From Deltaproteobacteria bacterium (GTDB lineage Bacteria; Desulfobacterota; Syntrophobacteria; BM002): a stretch of 57,190 nt of DNA. Below the pieces are notes generated by a model that saw only the letters and a list, made by a program, of their open reading frames with translations, ran no database searches and was not told the DNA's origin. Positions 9,307 to 23,976 of this stretch are shown here, piece by piece. Where the stretch lies: positions 1-57,190 of the forward strand of contig JARRNM010000038.1 in assembly GCA_037384945.1 (NCBI GenBank), written 5' to 3'. The position numbers and the translations under genes are program-made. Numbering within the stretch: the stretch's first letter is position 1; each line of letters starts with the position of its first letter.

Positions 9307-10992
9307 TTAAGTCAACCACATGTATTGATAAGGTCTCAAGGTGAAGGAATCAGTTTTGAATTTCTCTCCCGAGATTAAGTCTTCCATCTGTTCTGGAACG
9401 CTATGGCCAGACAGAGAAAAGGAAATTTCTGTTGAGGAAACATTGGTCAGGGCATATAGCGTCTGCTTCTGGGAAGACCTCTTTATAACGAACGCCTTGG
9501 GATCAATTTCGAGTATCTCAAAATCGACGTTTGGATGGAAAGCTTCTTGCTCTCTCCGGGTCTTGATCAGCTTTATGTACGGGAAAAAGACCCTTGCCCG
9601 GAAGGAGTTTGGATCATTCAATTCCGACGCCACCTCTTCAGCATCTAATTTTTCCCGATTGATTGTCCTGGCCCTGCCCGTCTGTTTCACCCCTGCCAAC
9701 CAGTTTCGTGAACCTAACAGGCTGTGGATATAGGTAGCCGGGACTCCAGGGAGGACATACTGTATGGCCTGGGAAGCCAGGAATTTCTCTGCTCGAGTAG
9801 ACTCCGCACCTGCCAAAATAGCATCAACATAAGTGATGTTCAATTCATAAGGGCTGTCCGAGCCATCCGGGTTTCTCTTATACGACACCTGGCCGCCGTT
9901 ACCCTTCACCACCTCAACCAGGTTATCGATCTCCTCCGGCTGTAATATCCCTTCCAGAGGCCGCACACCGATGCCGTCATGTGATGCGGTGAAATTGAAA
10001 AAGGTGTTGCTCTCAGACTCCAGGTCGAGACCTCTGGCCCATTTTGACAGGACAGCGGCGTCTTCTTTCAGGAAGGAATAAAACAGCAGCGGCGGCAGGG
10101 TAAAGTTATAGACCATCTGGGCTTCATCGCGGCCGTCACCGAAGTAACTGATGTTCTCCTGGTGGGGTACGTTGGTCTCCGTCAGAAGAATTACATCCGG
10201 CGCCACCAGATCCAGTACAGCCCGAAACAGCTTTACCATGTCATGGGTCTGGCTCAGGTGGATACAGGTGGTGCCGATTTCTTTCCATAAGTAGGCAATT
10301 GCATCAAGTCTCAAGATCTTGGCACCTTTTGCAACGTAGAAAAGGAGCACTTCTATCATCTTCTCCAGCACATCCAGGCTTTTAAAATTAAAATCGATTT
10401 GATCTCCGCTGAAGGTTGTCCACAGATGGACGGTGCTCTCATCGTACTTCTTGTATTCACTCAGAAGGGGAAGTGACCTGGGCCGGGTGACCTGAGACAA
10501 ATCGGTTGCCGGATCAACTTCAATGGCAAAATCCGCGTACCTATTTTTGCCGGCAAGGTAATTTTGAAACCATTTACCTTTGGCAGAGAAATGGTTGACC
10601 ACGTAATCAAACATGAGCTGGAAATCGCCACCGATGGCAACTATGTCTTCCCAGGATCCAAGCTCGGGATTGATGGCGAAAAAATCCATGACCGAGAAGC
10701 CATCATCCGAAGACCAAGGGAAAAAAGGCAAGAGATGGATGGTAGAGATTGCATCCTTTAAATAGGTGTTGGCAAAATCATGAAGAGTGACCAAGGGGGG
10801 TTGTCCTTCTTCCAATAGCGAGTCGCCGTAGGTGATCAAAACTGTATCCTCTTGAGAAAAATATCCTTCTCTCCTACTTTTTTGGACATTAGCTTTTTCT
10901 ATCAAGGGCACGATTCTCTTTAAGGCCGACTCCCCTTTTCTCTCGCCGTAGATCCTTGTGAGTATGGCTTTTACCCTATCGAAGTCAGCCAT
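9307..10992 (-). CDS. GH13_18 sugar phosphorylase, probably glucosylglycerate phosphorylase (YcjM-like)
   Basis: RLDAIAYLWK nucleophile motif, LTETNVPH, ASHDGIG, PYELNITY. The ETN and YExN motifs match the GGaP clade rather than sucrose phosphorylase. Confidence 0.8.
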   Translation of the reverse strand: MADFDRVKAILTRIYGERKGESALKRIVPLIEKANVQKSRREGYFSQEDTVLITYGDSLLEEGQPPLVTLHDFANTYLKDAISTIHLLPFFPWSSDDGFSVMDFFAINPELGSWEDIVAIGGDFQLMFDYVVNHFSAKGKWFQNYLAGKNRYADFAIEVDPATDLSQVTRPRSLPLLSEYKKYDESTVHLWTTFSGDQIDFNFKSLDVLEKMIEVLLFYVAKGAKILRLDAIAYLWKEIGTTCIHLSQTHDMVKLFRAVLDLVAPDVILLTETNVPHQENISYFGDGRDEAQMVYNFTLPPLLFYSFLKEDAAVLSKWARGLDLESESNTFFNFTASHDGIGVRPLEGILQPEEIDNLVEVVKGNGGQVSYKRNPDGSDSPYELNITYVDAILAGAESTRAEKFLASQAIQYVLPGVPATYIHSLLGSRNWLAGVKQTGRARTINREKLDAEEVASELNDPNSFRARVFFPYIKLIKTRREQEAFHPNVDFEILEIDPKAFVIKRSSQKQTLYALTNVSSTEISFSLSGHSVPEQMEDLISGEKFKTDSFTLRPYQYMWLT

Positions 10993-11311
10993 TGTCTATC
11001 TCTCTTTTTGCGAGGCCGATCTTTGCAATTGTTAAGTTTTACTGGAGTAACGGAGAAATGATTATTCAAGTTGGAATTCCGCTTTTGGCTTTTTCCAATA
11101 CTCCAGTACTCCAACACTCCGAGACTCCAAGACCGGGCTTTCCCAGGCAGTTTTTTCGAATTAAGACTGCCTTTGGTAACTAGTTCAGCCCTGCTCTTGT
11201 CCGAAGAGTTCAGGATCATTGATGGCAGCTATTTCCAGTCGCCTCCGTAAGACGTCGCAAGAAAAGAAGCGTTTGCCCAACTCATAAGTATGCTGCTCTA
11301 TCCTGACTTCC

Positions 11312-15051
<3,740 letters not shown>

Positions 15052-15132
15052 CCGTTGTTCCTTTTCTTTTGTGCTGCAAGCTCGTTCAGGTTGATTGGTA
15101 AAGGTTTCACCTTAGCCACGGGCAGAAATCTC

Positions 15133-16566
15133 CTACTTCCTTCTCAGGTCGATGATTTCCATGCGATTGTTTGCTTGCGGATGTCTTGGTGAGGGTCCGG
15201 CTGCCAAAATCACTAAGTCTCCCTCCAGTTCATGCTTTTTCAGCCAATCTCGTGCGAAACTGTTCCAGTCCTCTATCTCGTCGTCCGGCAAATAAACCGG
15301 CTGGACGCCGTAAGAGAACTGCAGTTGTTGACAGGTGGCCTCGTTTGAACTTACGGCCGCGATCCATACAGGAAGCCTGAAACGCGTGATGCTTCTCACA
15401 GACGCCCCACTTTTGCTGGGTACTATCAAGGCGGCGGGGGACATGGTCTCCACGCTCGTCTCAACACTGAGGGCAATGAGATCCTTTAAATCAAGACTGC
15501 AGTCCAGGCCGCAGGCTCGCAACTCGCTTCGCACATGATGCCCCGGACGACGAGGCTCCACGGCAGAAGCAATCTTGGCCAGCATCTTCACTGCCTCCAC
15601 AGGATACTTGCCCGTTGCTGACTCACCGGAGAGCATAACGCAGTCCGTTCCATCCAAAATAGCGTTGGCCACATCGGTGGACTCTGCCCTGGTAGGACGG
15701 GGGTAGTCGGTCATCGATTCCAACATCTGGGTGGCGGTGATGACCGGCTTTCCCCTCATATTAGCCAGGTACATGAGGTCCTTTTGGGCAAGGGCAATTC
15801 TCTCGATGGGTATTTCCACCCCCAGATCCCCGCGGGCGATCATGATTCCGTCAGCCGCCTCAATGATCTCCTCCAGGTTATCTTGCGCTCGTGCTCGCTC
15901 TATCTTGCCGATGATAAACGGATGGTAGCCCTGCTCTGCGGCGGCGTCGCGCACTTCCATGATATCACTCTTTTTTTCCACAAAGGATTGACTGACTGCA
16001 TCCACTCCCTGTTCCAGCGCAAACTTCAAACACTCACGGTCGTGTCTAGTGAAGGCGCTGATGCCGAGGTCTATTCCGGGCAGGTTTAGACCTTTGCGGG
16101 ACCGTAGCTCACCCCCCGCCACCACCCGACACTCTATATCCTTGCCCCTTACTGCGACCACCTCGATCTGGATATAACCGTCATTGAGATACAGGGTGTC
16201 ACCGGGCCTTACCGCTTTTGGCAAACCTGGAAATGTCACCGAAGCTCGTCGGCTGTCACCGATGATCACTTCCGTGGTCAAAATGAATGAAGCGCCCACT
16301 TTGAGCTCTATTGGCTCCTCAGCCAGTTCGCCAATTCGTATTTTGGGACCGGCAAGGTCGGCTAGTATGGCAACTCGCCTCCCGGTTGCTCTGGCAGCAG
16401 ACCGAAGGTTTTCGATTGCCTTTTTATGAGTGTCGAAGTCACCATGGGAGAAATTCAGCCGGGCCACATTCATGCCCACCAGTATCATCTCCTCCATAAC
16501 CTCAGGTGATTCTGACGCCGGCCCAATGGTACAGACAATCTTGGTCTTGTTTGGCGGAAGTTTCAT
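15133..16566 (-). CDS. pyk: Pyruvate kinase
   Basis: TKIVCTIGP, RLNFSHG, MIARGDLGVE, ATQMLESM, RAESTDVANA. Confidence 0.98.
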   Translation of the reverse strand: MKLPPNKTKIVCTIGPASESPEVMEEMILVGMNVARLNFSHGDFDTHKKAIENLRSAARATGRRVAILADLAGPKIRIGELAEEPIELKVGASFILTTEVIIGDSRRASVTFPGLPKAVRPGDTLYLNDGYIQIEVVAVRGKDIECRVVAGGELRSRKGLNLPGIDLGISAFTRHDRECLKFALEQGVDAVSQSFVEKKSDIMEVRDAAAEQGYHPFIIGKIERARAQDNLEEIIEAADGIMIARGDLGVEIPIERIALAQKDLMYLANMRGKPVITATQMLESMTDYPRPTRAESTDVANAILDGTDCVMLSGESATGKYPVEAVKMLAKIASAVEPRRPGHHVRSELRACGLDCSLDLKDLIALSVETSVETMSPAALIVPSKSGASVRSITRFRLPVWIAAVSSNEATCQQLQFSYGVQPVYLPDDEIEDWNSFARDWLKKHELEGDLVILAAGPSPRHPQANNRMEIIDLRRK

Positions 16567-16577
16567 TAACCAAACCC

Positions 16578-18219
16578 TTATTGTAGAGGAAAAAGCAATG
16601 GGACAACCAGCAAGGTGACCACCATGGCCAAAAGCTGCAGGGGCACGCCCACCTTGACGAAGTCAGTAAATCGATAACCGCCTGGACCAAGAACCAGAGT
16701 ATTTACCGGAGATGCCACCGGGGTTGAAAAGGCTGTTGAGGCGGCCAGGGCCACAGTCATCAGGAAGGGATAAGGGGAGACCCCGGCCTCCATGGCAGCG
16801 CCGACAGCAATGGGGGCAACCAGTACGGTAGTAGCGGTATTGGAAATAAACTGACTAAATAGAGAGGTAATGATAAACAAGCCCGCCATCAAAGCTATGG
16901 GACCAAAGTCGCCCAAGCTTTCCGTAAGGCTGTTGACGATTAACTCCACTCCTCCTGTCTTTTCTAAAACTGTGGCCATGGGCAGCATTCCGGCGATAAG
17001 TACCAGGCTTTCCCAGTTTACCGACCTGTAGGCATCTTTCATGCTCACACAGCCGACAAGGACCATGGCCAATGCCGCCAGCAAAACCGCGGTAACCGCA
17101 TCCACCAGCTTGAAGGTCATCAGAAGCATCATGCCCAAAGTCACCGCCAGGGCCAAGGGGGCTTTACTCCTATTCGGGGCGACCTCGTTCATTTCTTTAG
17201 GCAGATTCAACACCAGGAAGTCCCTTTGCTTGCCTTGTAAAAGATCGATTTGAGCCCAGCCCCCACCCATTAAAAGTGAATCTCCGAAGGCAAGGGGAGT
17301 TTTAATCAACTCTTTGTTCAAGGGCTCCCCATGGCGTAGGACTGCGAGAACAGACAAGCCGTAGCGCTCGCGAAAGCGAGCTTCACTCAAAGTCTTACCA
17401 ACGAGTTCCGACCTCGGTGCCAACAGCACCTCCACCAGCCCGAGCTCCTGAGCCGCAAGTTTGCCCTGCCCCTCCCCGAACTCCAGTCTTTCCAGCTCTT
17501 CGGCCATTACCAGCCTGTCTACTTCCTCATGGGTTCCAACTGCATAGATGACGTCCCCCGCCCTGAACTCCGTGTCGATAAGGGCGGGATTAATCGTCTT
17601 AGTACGCCGCCGCTGCCGTTCTACCCCGAGCACGGTGACGCCGTATCTGGTTCGAAGCAGGGCTTGGCCCACAGTCTTGCCCTCCAAGGGTGAACCGGCC
17701 CATAGGCGCAAACGGTGTAACTGATTAGTAATGTTGTAGATATCCGCAAGCTCTCTCAGAGAAAAACGGTCTTTCACAGCTCCCTCCACCCCCTCTTCAT
17801 GGGAAAGTGAGCGTTGCCCGAATAGCATTATATAACCAATCCCAATGAGGAGAACCAGCAGACCAATGGGGGTGAAGTCGAAAAATCCGAAGGACTCCAG
17901 ACCATCCCTGGTCAGTTGCGTACTCACCACCAGGTTGGGAGGGGTGCCGATCAGAGTCAACATCCCGCCAATGAGAGAGGCAAAAGCCAAGGGCATCATC
18001 AGCCGTGAAGGACTTGTGCCGGCCTTGGAAAAGACCTGCAATCAACAAAACCACGGGATCACCAAAACCCGCAAGGGCAGCGGTCGGCGACAGCAAGCCG
18101 CTGAGTATCAAAGCCAATATGACCATGATGGCCACCACATCCAGGCGAAATCGGCCGCTGACAAACAGGATTACGGTTATCAGCAACAGGCCAAAAACAA
18201 AGAGGATCTCAGCCGTCAT
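16578..18219 (-). pseudogene. SLC13/CitMHS-type permease with TrkA-C domains (YfbS-like), interrupted by a deletion and frameshift near 18027
   Basis: N-terminal frame ends at DPVVLLIAGLF. The C-terminal frame resumes at KAGTSPSRLMMP. About 65 residues expected in YfbS-like proteins are absent. Confidence 0.8.
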
Positions 18220-18228
18220 TGCATTTTC

Positions 18229-19911
18229 CTAGGTACCCAATACTCTCTGGAGAATGGCTTTGGTTATCATATAGGTCGGACGTATTCCTTCGAGCCCCAT
18301 AGGGCCGGCTGCCAGAGTCTGCCCGCTCTTTAAAGGGTTATCCGAGGCATAGTAGGCGTACCTGACTTTGACATTCTCTGGAATATGGCCTCGGATGATG
18401 GCAGCATTTATTGCCCGCTGGTAATGACCGCCTTCCATCTCCAAGCCGATCGCTTTCCAGGTCGTGGTCTGAAACTTCTCCAGAATGTCGCTGTTCTGCA
18501 AGGAGGTGCCGAGAACGGTTATGATCGGACCCACATAAATATCTATGTCCCGGTCAAAATCCTCCCTGCCAAGATCGTTGTCCACAATATAGTTGTGAGC
18601 CTGTCCCTCGAGGACGTGAGCTGTTGGCAGCATTATGTCGCCCTTTTTTCCAGGCAATATGCCTGCCTTGCCCATGATGGAGATGGATCTGACCTGGAGA
18701 GTTTTGCTTGAGCCGTTCTGGTCCAAAGGCTCGAGGAGTTCATCCATCAGTTCAAATGCCTGGAAGCCGAAAGCATAATCCATGACCACAAGCACCGTCC
18801 TCTGTTTCACTACTTCATCAGATTTGAACTTGATTGCTGGATGGAGACCCACAGTCTTGAGCTTTGATGTGTCTATTATTTGCCAGTTTGTCTGCGCCCC
18901 ACTTTCATCCACCATCTCATGAAAGCCGTGTTTGCTGGCAAAGGATTTAATCTGTTCTTCCCGGTCACTAATGTGCTGGATAAAAGTGTAGAGATCTTTA
19001 TTTGGCTCTTTTCCTTTCTTGTCTTTAACCGCTCCGTATCCGTAGATAAGATTGACCACACTGTGAAGATTTGCACTGATTATATGGATTGGACGATCCT
19101 GCAGCCCGAGAGCGGCCAATTTGTTCTTTATGGAAGCCGCCCATTTTTTTCCGTAGAGCTGATGCACAATTTGGTCGATGAGAGAAGGCCTGAAATAAAC
19201 AACCAGCCGATCGTTTTCCCGGATTTCCTTTTCTATGAGATTGCGGAGACTGTAGATTATTTGGAAAAGGCCGTTATTGCTCTTAAGTTCATCCTTCACC
19301 TTGCCTAAATAATCGTAGGTATCTCTAGTTTCATGATAGGTTCTGCCCAAAAGGATGCTCAGGTTCCAGATCGCCTGCTCTAAGTCTTCCTTTTCAAGCT
19401 CTTCTTCCCGATGAACGTCTTTTTCGAACCGTAACCATTCCCTGATCGGCTTACCATCCTCGTCCCTGGTTTTGCTGTGTATGTGTTTCGCTTCTATGTA
19501 CAGAAAGGTCAGATGGGTCAAAATGTCATAGATTTCACTCATTCCCGTGCTGATTACAAAACCCATCTCATTGTCGCTGACGCGAAAGGAGATTCTCCTT
19601 CTGCTTGGTGGACGAAGTTTTTCAAATGAAGTTCCCTCCAGATCGCCTTTTACGGTCATGACAAAACGGTTGCACTGCTCAATTCCCCGTGGAAGCCTGT
19701 CCATGATGTATTCCAGACCCTTCAACTCAATTCTCTTGGGGTCATTCATGCTCCCGTAAATTTCAGGGCTGAGAGTTCTTAAGGAAGCCTCCAGGGCCTG
19801 GCCGGATTGGCCCGCCATGCTGTAATGCCCTCTTAGCAAGAGGGCATGGGCAATTATTTGAAACGCTCTGATTGCAACTCTTCCCTGATGAGCTCTGTCC
19901 ATATCATCCAT
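18229..19911 (-). CDS. Conserved unknown protein (DUF6909-like) with C-terminal nucleoside phosphorylase-type fold
   Basis: 560 aa soluble ORF co-oriented in the operon. GKAGIL..GDIMLP and GLEMEG motifs are typical of the PNP/UDP/AMP-nucleosidase fold. Family name is from recall and unverified. Confidence 0.65.
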   Translation of the reverse strand: MDDMDRAHQGRVAIRAFQIIAHALLLRGHYSMAGQSGQALEASLRTLSPEIYGSMNDPKRIELKGLEYIMDRLPRGIEQCNRFVMTVKGDLEGTSFEKLRPPSRRRISFRVSDNEMGFVISTGMSEIYDILTHLTFLYIEAKHIHSKTRDEDGKPIREWLRFEKDVHREEELEKEDLEQAIWNLSILLGRTYHETRDTYDYLGKVKDELKSNNGLFQIIYSLRNLIEKEIRENDRLVVYFRPSLIDQIVHQLYGKKWAASIKNKLAALGLQDRPIHIISANLHSVVNLIYGYGAVKDKKGKEPNKDLYTFIQHISDREEQIKSFASKHGFHEMVDESGAQTNWQIIDTSKLKTVGLHPAIKFKSDEVVKQRTVLVVMDYAFGFQAFELMDELLEPLDQNGSSKTLQVRSISIMGKAGILPGKKGDIMLPTAHVLEGQAHNYIVDNDLGREDFDRDIDIYVGPIITVLGTSLQNSDILEKFQTTTWKAIGLEMEGGHYQRAINAAIIRGHIPENVKVRYAYYASDNPLKSGQTLAAGPMGLEGIRPTYMITKAILQRVLGT

Positions 19912-20054
19912 GGCTATATCTCTGTCCGTTTTTCACTTGGGGCAATAGGATTCTGGGGTGATGGAGTGTTGGAGTACTCCAAAGTAGACGTTTCTTGTGA
20001 CTTCCGTTGGCAATAGTGAGAGCTTAATTTAGAAGACCAAACCACCGCTTACGC

Positions 20055-21344
20055 TTAAATCATCTCCCTCGGCTGTCCCGTGCAGGAGAGCACGCCGGTC
20101 CACAGTTTGTCCTTTGGATCGATTTGTTTACGCTCCGAAACCGCCGCAGAAATTGGTACGTAGGTGAACTCATCCCTCCAGTAAGCTACAACCATGTTGG
20201 TTCTCCCGGCCATAGCTGCGTGGACCGCGTTGTGAGCCAGTATAAGACAGAACGCCGAATCCGGCGGACTCGCCGGCATACTCCGAATAGTGTAACTGGG
20301 ATCAATATACTTAAGTTCCATATCAATCCCCGCTCTACTGAAATAATCCTTGATTTGCTCTTTAAGAAAGACACCAATATCGCCCAATCGAACGTTACCT
20401 GAAGCATCCCGTTCGCCCGTTGTCCCCATCAGATCCTGGCCAGCTCCTTCCGCAACCACCACCACGGCATGGTGTCTATTTTCCAGTCTCTCCTTCAGCG
20501 CTCCGAGGAAACCAGGTAAAGTGAAGCTCACCTCGGGCACCAGACAAAAATTGACGTCGCTGTTTGCCAGAGTAGCGTGAGCGGCGATAAATCCGGCATG
20601 GCGTCCCATCAGTTTCACCAGGCCGATACCGTTTCTCGCTCCTTCCGCTTCTGCATGGGCAGCATAGATTGCCGTGGTCGCTTCTGAGACAGCGGTCACA
20701 AAACCAAAAGACCTTTGTACAAAAGAAATGTCGTTGTCGATGGTCTTGGGAATGCCAATTACGCCGATTTTCAAGTTACGTTGTCTAATCTCCTCCGAAA
20801 TAGCCTGAGCTCCTCGCAGGGTTCCGTCTCCGCCGATAGCAAAGAGAATCCCCACGTTCATCCTCTCTAGAGTATCCACCATCTCAGAGACATCTTGAGG
20901 GCCACGGGATGAACCCAATATAGTTCCTCCCTGCTGGTGAATGTCTTCCACAACTTCCGGAGTCAGTTCCAGGGATGCGTGACCGTACCTATAAGTAAGT
21001 CCTTCAAATCCATAGCGAAAACCAAATACCGTCCGAACCCCGTAATGATAGAGAAGACTCAAGACAATGGCCCGAATGACGTCATTCAACCCAGGACAGA
21101 TACCACCACAGGTCACGATGCCGCACTTGAGCTTAGAAGGATCGAAGTAAATTCTTTCCCTCGGCCCGGCCATCTCAAAACATGGTGGCAGCTCATCCTT
21201 GTCGAGAAAGTCCGTAATTACGCTGCAATCTGCATGATAAAGTACATGCTTGCCATCGCTGACAAACTGCACACCCGACATGGGAGATGGTATACGGCAC
21301 TGTCCCAATCTCGAAATGGTTAGGTCCATATCATTGATGTCCAT
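20055..21344 (-). CDS. pfkA: 6-phosphofructokinase, PPi-PFK-related clade X type, predicted ATP-dependent
   Basis: TCGGICPGLN, GGTILGSSRG, IGGDGT, PKTIDND, MGRHAGFIA, YIDPSYTIRS. Confidence 0.93.
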   Translation of the reverse strand: MDINDMDLTISRLGQCRIPSPMSGVQFVSDGKHVLYHADCSVITDFLDKDELPPCFEMAGPRERIYFDPSKLKCGIVTCGGICPGLNDVIRAIVLSLLYHYGVRTVFGFRYGFEGLTYRYGHASLELTPEVVEDIHQQGGTILGSSRGPQDVSEMVDTLERMNVGILFAIGGDGTLRGAQAISEEIRQRNLKIGVIGIPKTIDNDISFVQRSFGFVTAVSEATTAIYAAHAEAEGARNGIGLVKLMGRHAGFIAAHATLANSDVNFCLVPEVSFTLPGFLGALKERLENRHHAVVVVAEGAGQDLMGTTGERDASGNVRLGDIGVFLKEQIKDYFSRAGIDMELKYIDPSYTIRSMPASPPDSAFCLILAHNAVHAAMAGRTNMVVAYWRDEFTYVPISAAVSERKQIDPKDKLWTGVLSCTGQPREMI

Positions 21345-21397
21345 ATAGGTCTCCTAGGTATTATTATCATTGAAATGATGGAGTCTGGCAGAAGTAG

Positions 21398-21626
21398 AAA
21401 TTCCAAATCACAAATAACAAATATCAAACAAATAACAATGACCAAATTCAAAATTCCAAACATGTTTCGGTCATTTGATACTTGCCCTGTGGAATTTCGC
21501 CTTGGGCGAACCTGCCGAAGGCAGGATTCCACAGGGTGAAAATTTGGGATTTGTTTGTAATTTGGTGCTTGGAGTTTGGAATTTTATGAGTTCACCATGC
21601 TGCACCACTCCAGTACTCCAATCATC
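21398..21626. repeat. Periodic inverted-repeat element with an internal GC-rich hairpin
   Basis: AAATTCCAAATCAC.. / ..TTTGGAATTT arms around CCCTGTGGAAT..ATTCCACAGGG. Confidence 0.7.
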
Positions 21627-21631
21627 CTTTC

Positions 21632-23281
21632 TTAAAGGCTACCTGCGACAAGCGCCGCGTCAATGATCGCCTGTGCCTCTGCCTGAATCCTCCGCAAATG
21701 ATCATGTCCTTTAAAGCTCTCAGCATAGAGTTTGTAAATATCCTCGGTACCAGATGGACGGGCAGCAAACCAACCATTTTCAGTTACAACTTTAAGCCCA
21801 CCAATGGGAGCGTTGTTTCCGGGTGCCTTGGTAAGCTTGGCAGTGATGGTTTCACCGGCGAGTTCTTCTGCCGTAACCATAGTCGGAGATAGTTTCTTGA
21901 GAACCTCTTTTTGCGCAACTGTCGCTGGTGCGTCAATACGTTCATACAGCGGGCTGCCCAGTTCGTTTTCGAGATCTTTGTAGATCTCCGCCGGATCTTT
22001 CCCTTTAGTTGCCGTGATCTCGCAAGCCAGGAGGTCCATGATGATTCCGTCTTTGTCAGTTGTCCAGACCGTGCCGTCTTTTCTCAAGAATGAGGCTCCG
22101 GCGCTTTCCTCCCCGCCGAATCCGTAGGTGCCGTCCAGCAGTCCGTCCACAAACCATTTGAAGCCTACCGGCACTTCGGAGAGCTTCCGTCCCAGTCTCG
22201 AACTCACCCGATCTATCATGGAACTGGAAACCAGGGTCTTGCCCACAGCTGCGTCTGTTTTCCACTCAGGCCGATTTTGAAACAGGTACCATACCGCCAC
22301 CGCGAGATAGTGGTTGGGATTCATCAGGCCACCACTTCTGGTGACGATTCCGTGGCGATCACAATCTGCGTCATTGCCAAAGGCGATGTCGAAGTTATCT
22401 TTCAGGTCTATCAACCTTGCCATGGCATACTTTGAGGAGCAGTCCATCCGGATCTTGCCGTCCTTATCCACGGTCATGAAGGCAAAGGTTGGATCGACAC
22501 TACGATTCACCACCTCAATGGAAAGGTTGTACTTCTCGGCAATAGGATCCCAAAAGTTCACCGCTGACCCGCCCAGGGGGTCCACACCTATCCTGATACC
22601 CTCTTTAGCGATAATCTCCATATCAATGATGTTTTTAAGATCTTCAACGTAGGGAGTGATGAAATCATACTCCCGTGTAGTGTCAGCCTTTAGCGCTTTT
22701 TCAAAAGGCAGCCGTTTCACTTCCTTGAGTCCGGCGGCAAGTATCTCGTTGGCCCGCTCCTCGATAACCCTGGTGGTTTGAGTATCCGCAGGTCCTCCCT
22801 CAGGAGGGTTGTACTTGAATCCGCCGTCCGAGGGCGGGTTGTGGGAAGGGGTGATAACAACGCCATCGGCGAATCCCTTTTCCTTGCCGCGGTTGTAGGT
22901 CAGGATGGCATGGGAAATTACCGGGGTAGGCGTATAGCCAAAATCCTTCTGGATAATCACTCTCACACCGTTTGCCCCAAAGACTTCGAGCCCGCTGGCC
23001 AACGCCGCTTCGGAAAGTGCGTGGGTGTCCATTCCCATGAAAAGTGGTCCGGTGATGCCTTTTGCTTTCCGATGTTCACAGATGGCCTGACTGATTGCCA
23101 GCACGTGGTCTTCGTTGAAGCCGTTTCTCAGAGACGAGCCCCGGTGACCCGAGGTCCCAAAGGAGACTCGCTGTTCGGGCTCAGAGACGTCAACCTTGTG
23201 AGTGTAGTAAGCTGAAACAAGCCTGGGAATATTTTCAAGCAGATAACTGGGCGGGGGCTTACCAGCAAGTTCATGTACCAC
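21632..23281 (-). CDS. pgm: Phosphoglucomutase (alpha-D-glucose-1,6-bisphosphate dependent)
   Basis: FGTSGHRG, phosphoserine loop [31 protein letters not shown] start at 23281 follows GGAGG. Confidence 0.96.
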   Translation of the reverse strand: MVHELAGKPPPSYLLENIPRLVSAYYTHKVDVSEPEQRVSFGTSGHRGSSLRNGFNEDHVLAISQAICEHRKAKGITGPLFMGMDTHALSEAALASGLEVFGANGVRVIIQKDFGYTPTPVISHAILTYNRGKEKGFADGVVITPSHNPPSDGGFKYNPPEGGPADTQTTRVIEERANEILAAGLKEVKRLPFEKALKADTTREYDFITPYVEDLKNIIDMEIIAKEGIRIGVDPLGGSAVNFWDPIAEKYNLSIEVVNRSVDPTFAFMTVDKDGKIRMDCSSKYAMARLIDLKDNFDIAFGNDADCDRHGIVTRSGGLMNPNHYLAVAVWYLFQNRPEWKTDAAVGKTLVSSSMIDRVSSRLGRKLSEVPVGFKWFVDGLLDGTYGFGGEESAGASFLRKDGTVWTTDKDGIIMDLLACEITATKGKDPAEIYKDLENELGSPLYERIDAPATVAQKEVLKKLSPTMVTAEELAGETITAKLTKAPGNNAPIGGLKVVTENGWFAARPSGTEDIYKLYAESFKGHDHLRRIQAEAQAIIDAALVAGSL

Positions 23282-23704
23282 TATTCTATCCTCCAATGTT
23301 CAATTAACCTCTCACGGAGCCCACGGAGTCCTCAGTCAATTTGTTGTTTTGCAGCTCTGCCTCCCCAACCTCTCGTCGGGTTTACCCTGAGCGCCTCGAC
23401 CTGAGGACTTCGAGCGAGCCTCCGTTCGACCCGAGCCTTTCGGCAGTGAGCTCAAGGCCGAACTGCTCACGGCCGAGGGCAGTCGAACTTCTCGCCGACA
23501 GGTCTTGCCGAAGGGCCCGACATCACCTCCCGTGGCGTGAAGCGGTTAGCGCAGAGCGTTAAATAAAGGCTCTCAAACCGTTAAAATAGTAAAGATAGTA
23601 AAAATAGTAAGCGCTCAGAAGGTTGTAAGAGTCGTACAAATCTCAGAAGCCGAGGAAGCCATCAAGCTAGCTCACTGCGACAGATCTTCCTAATAACAGA
23701 TAAC

Positions 23705-23890
23705 TAATGTTCATCCGGAAACTTGCTTTTCCATTGTCATTCTGAGGAGTCCCGCTAACAGCGGGACGACGAAGAATCTCGAGATCCTTCGCTCCGCTCA
23801 GGATGACAGGGTGGATCTTTCTTCGCGGAGTTAATCCTGAGTGAAACGAAGGGCTCAGAATAACATCATGGAGTTTCCTGGTGGACACTA
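23705..23890. mobile_element. MITE/REP-like element copy 1
   Basis: Ends TAATGTTCATCCGGAAAC and GTTTCCTGGTGGACACTA; core GTCATTCTGAGGAGTCCCGC..GAAGAATCTC..GGGCTCAGAAT. Confidence 0.65.
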
Positions 23891-23976
23891 ACTAATAACG
23901 GATAACGACTCTGTCTGCTGCACTCTGCCAGCTGCCTCCTGCCAGCTGTATGTCCCCATGCTCTATGCCCTATGCG

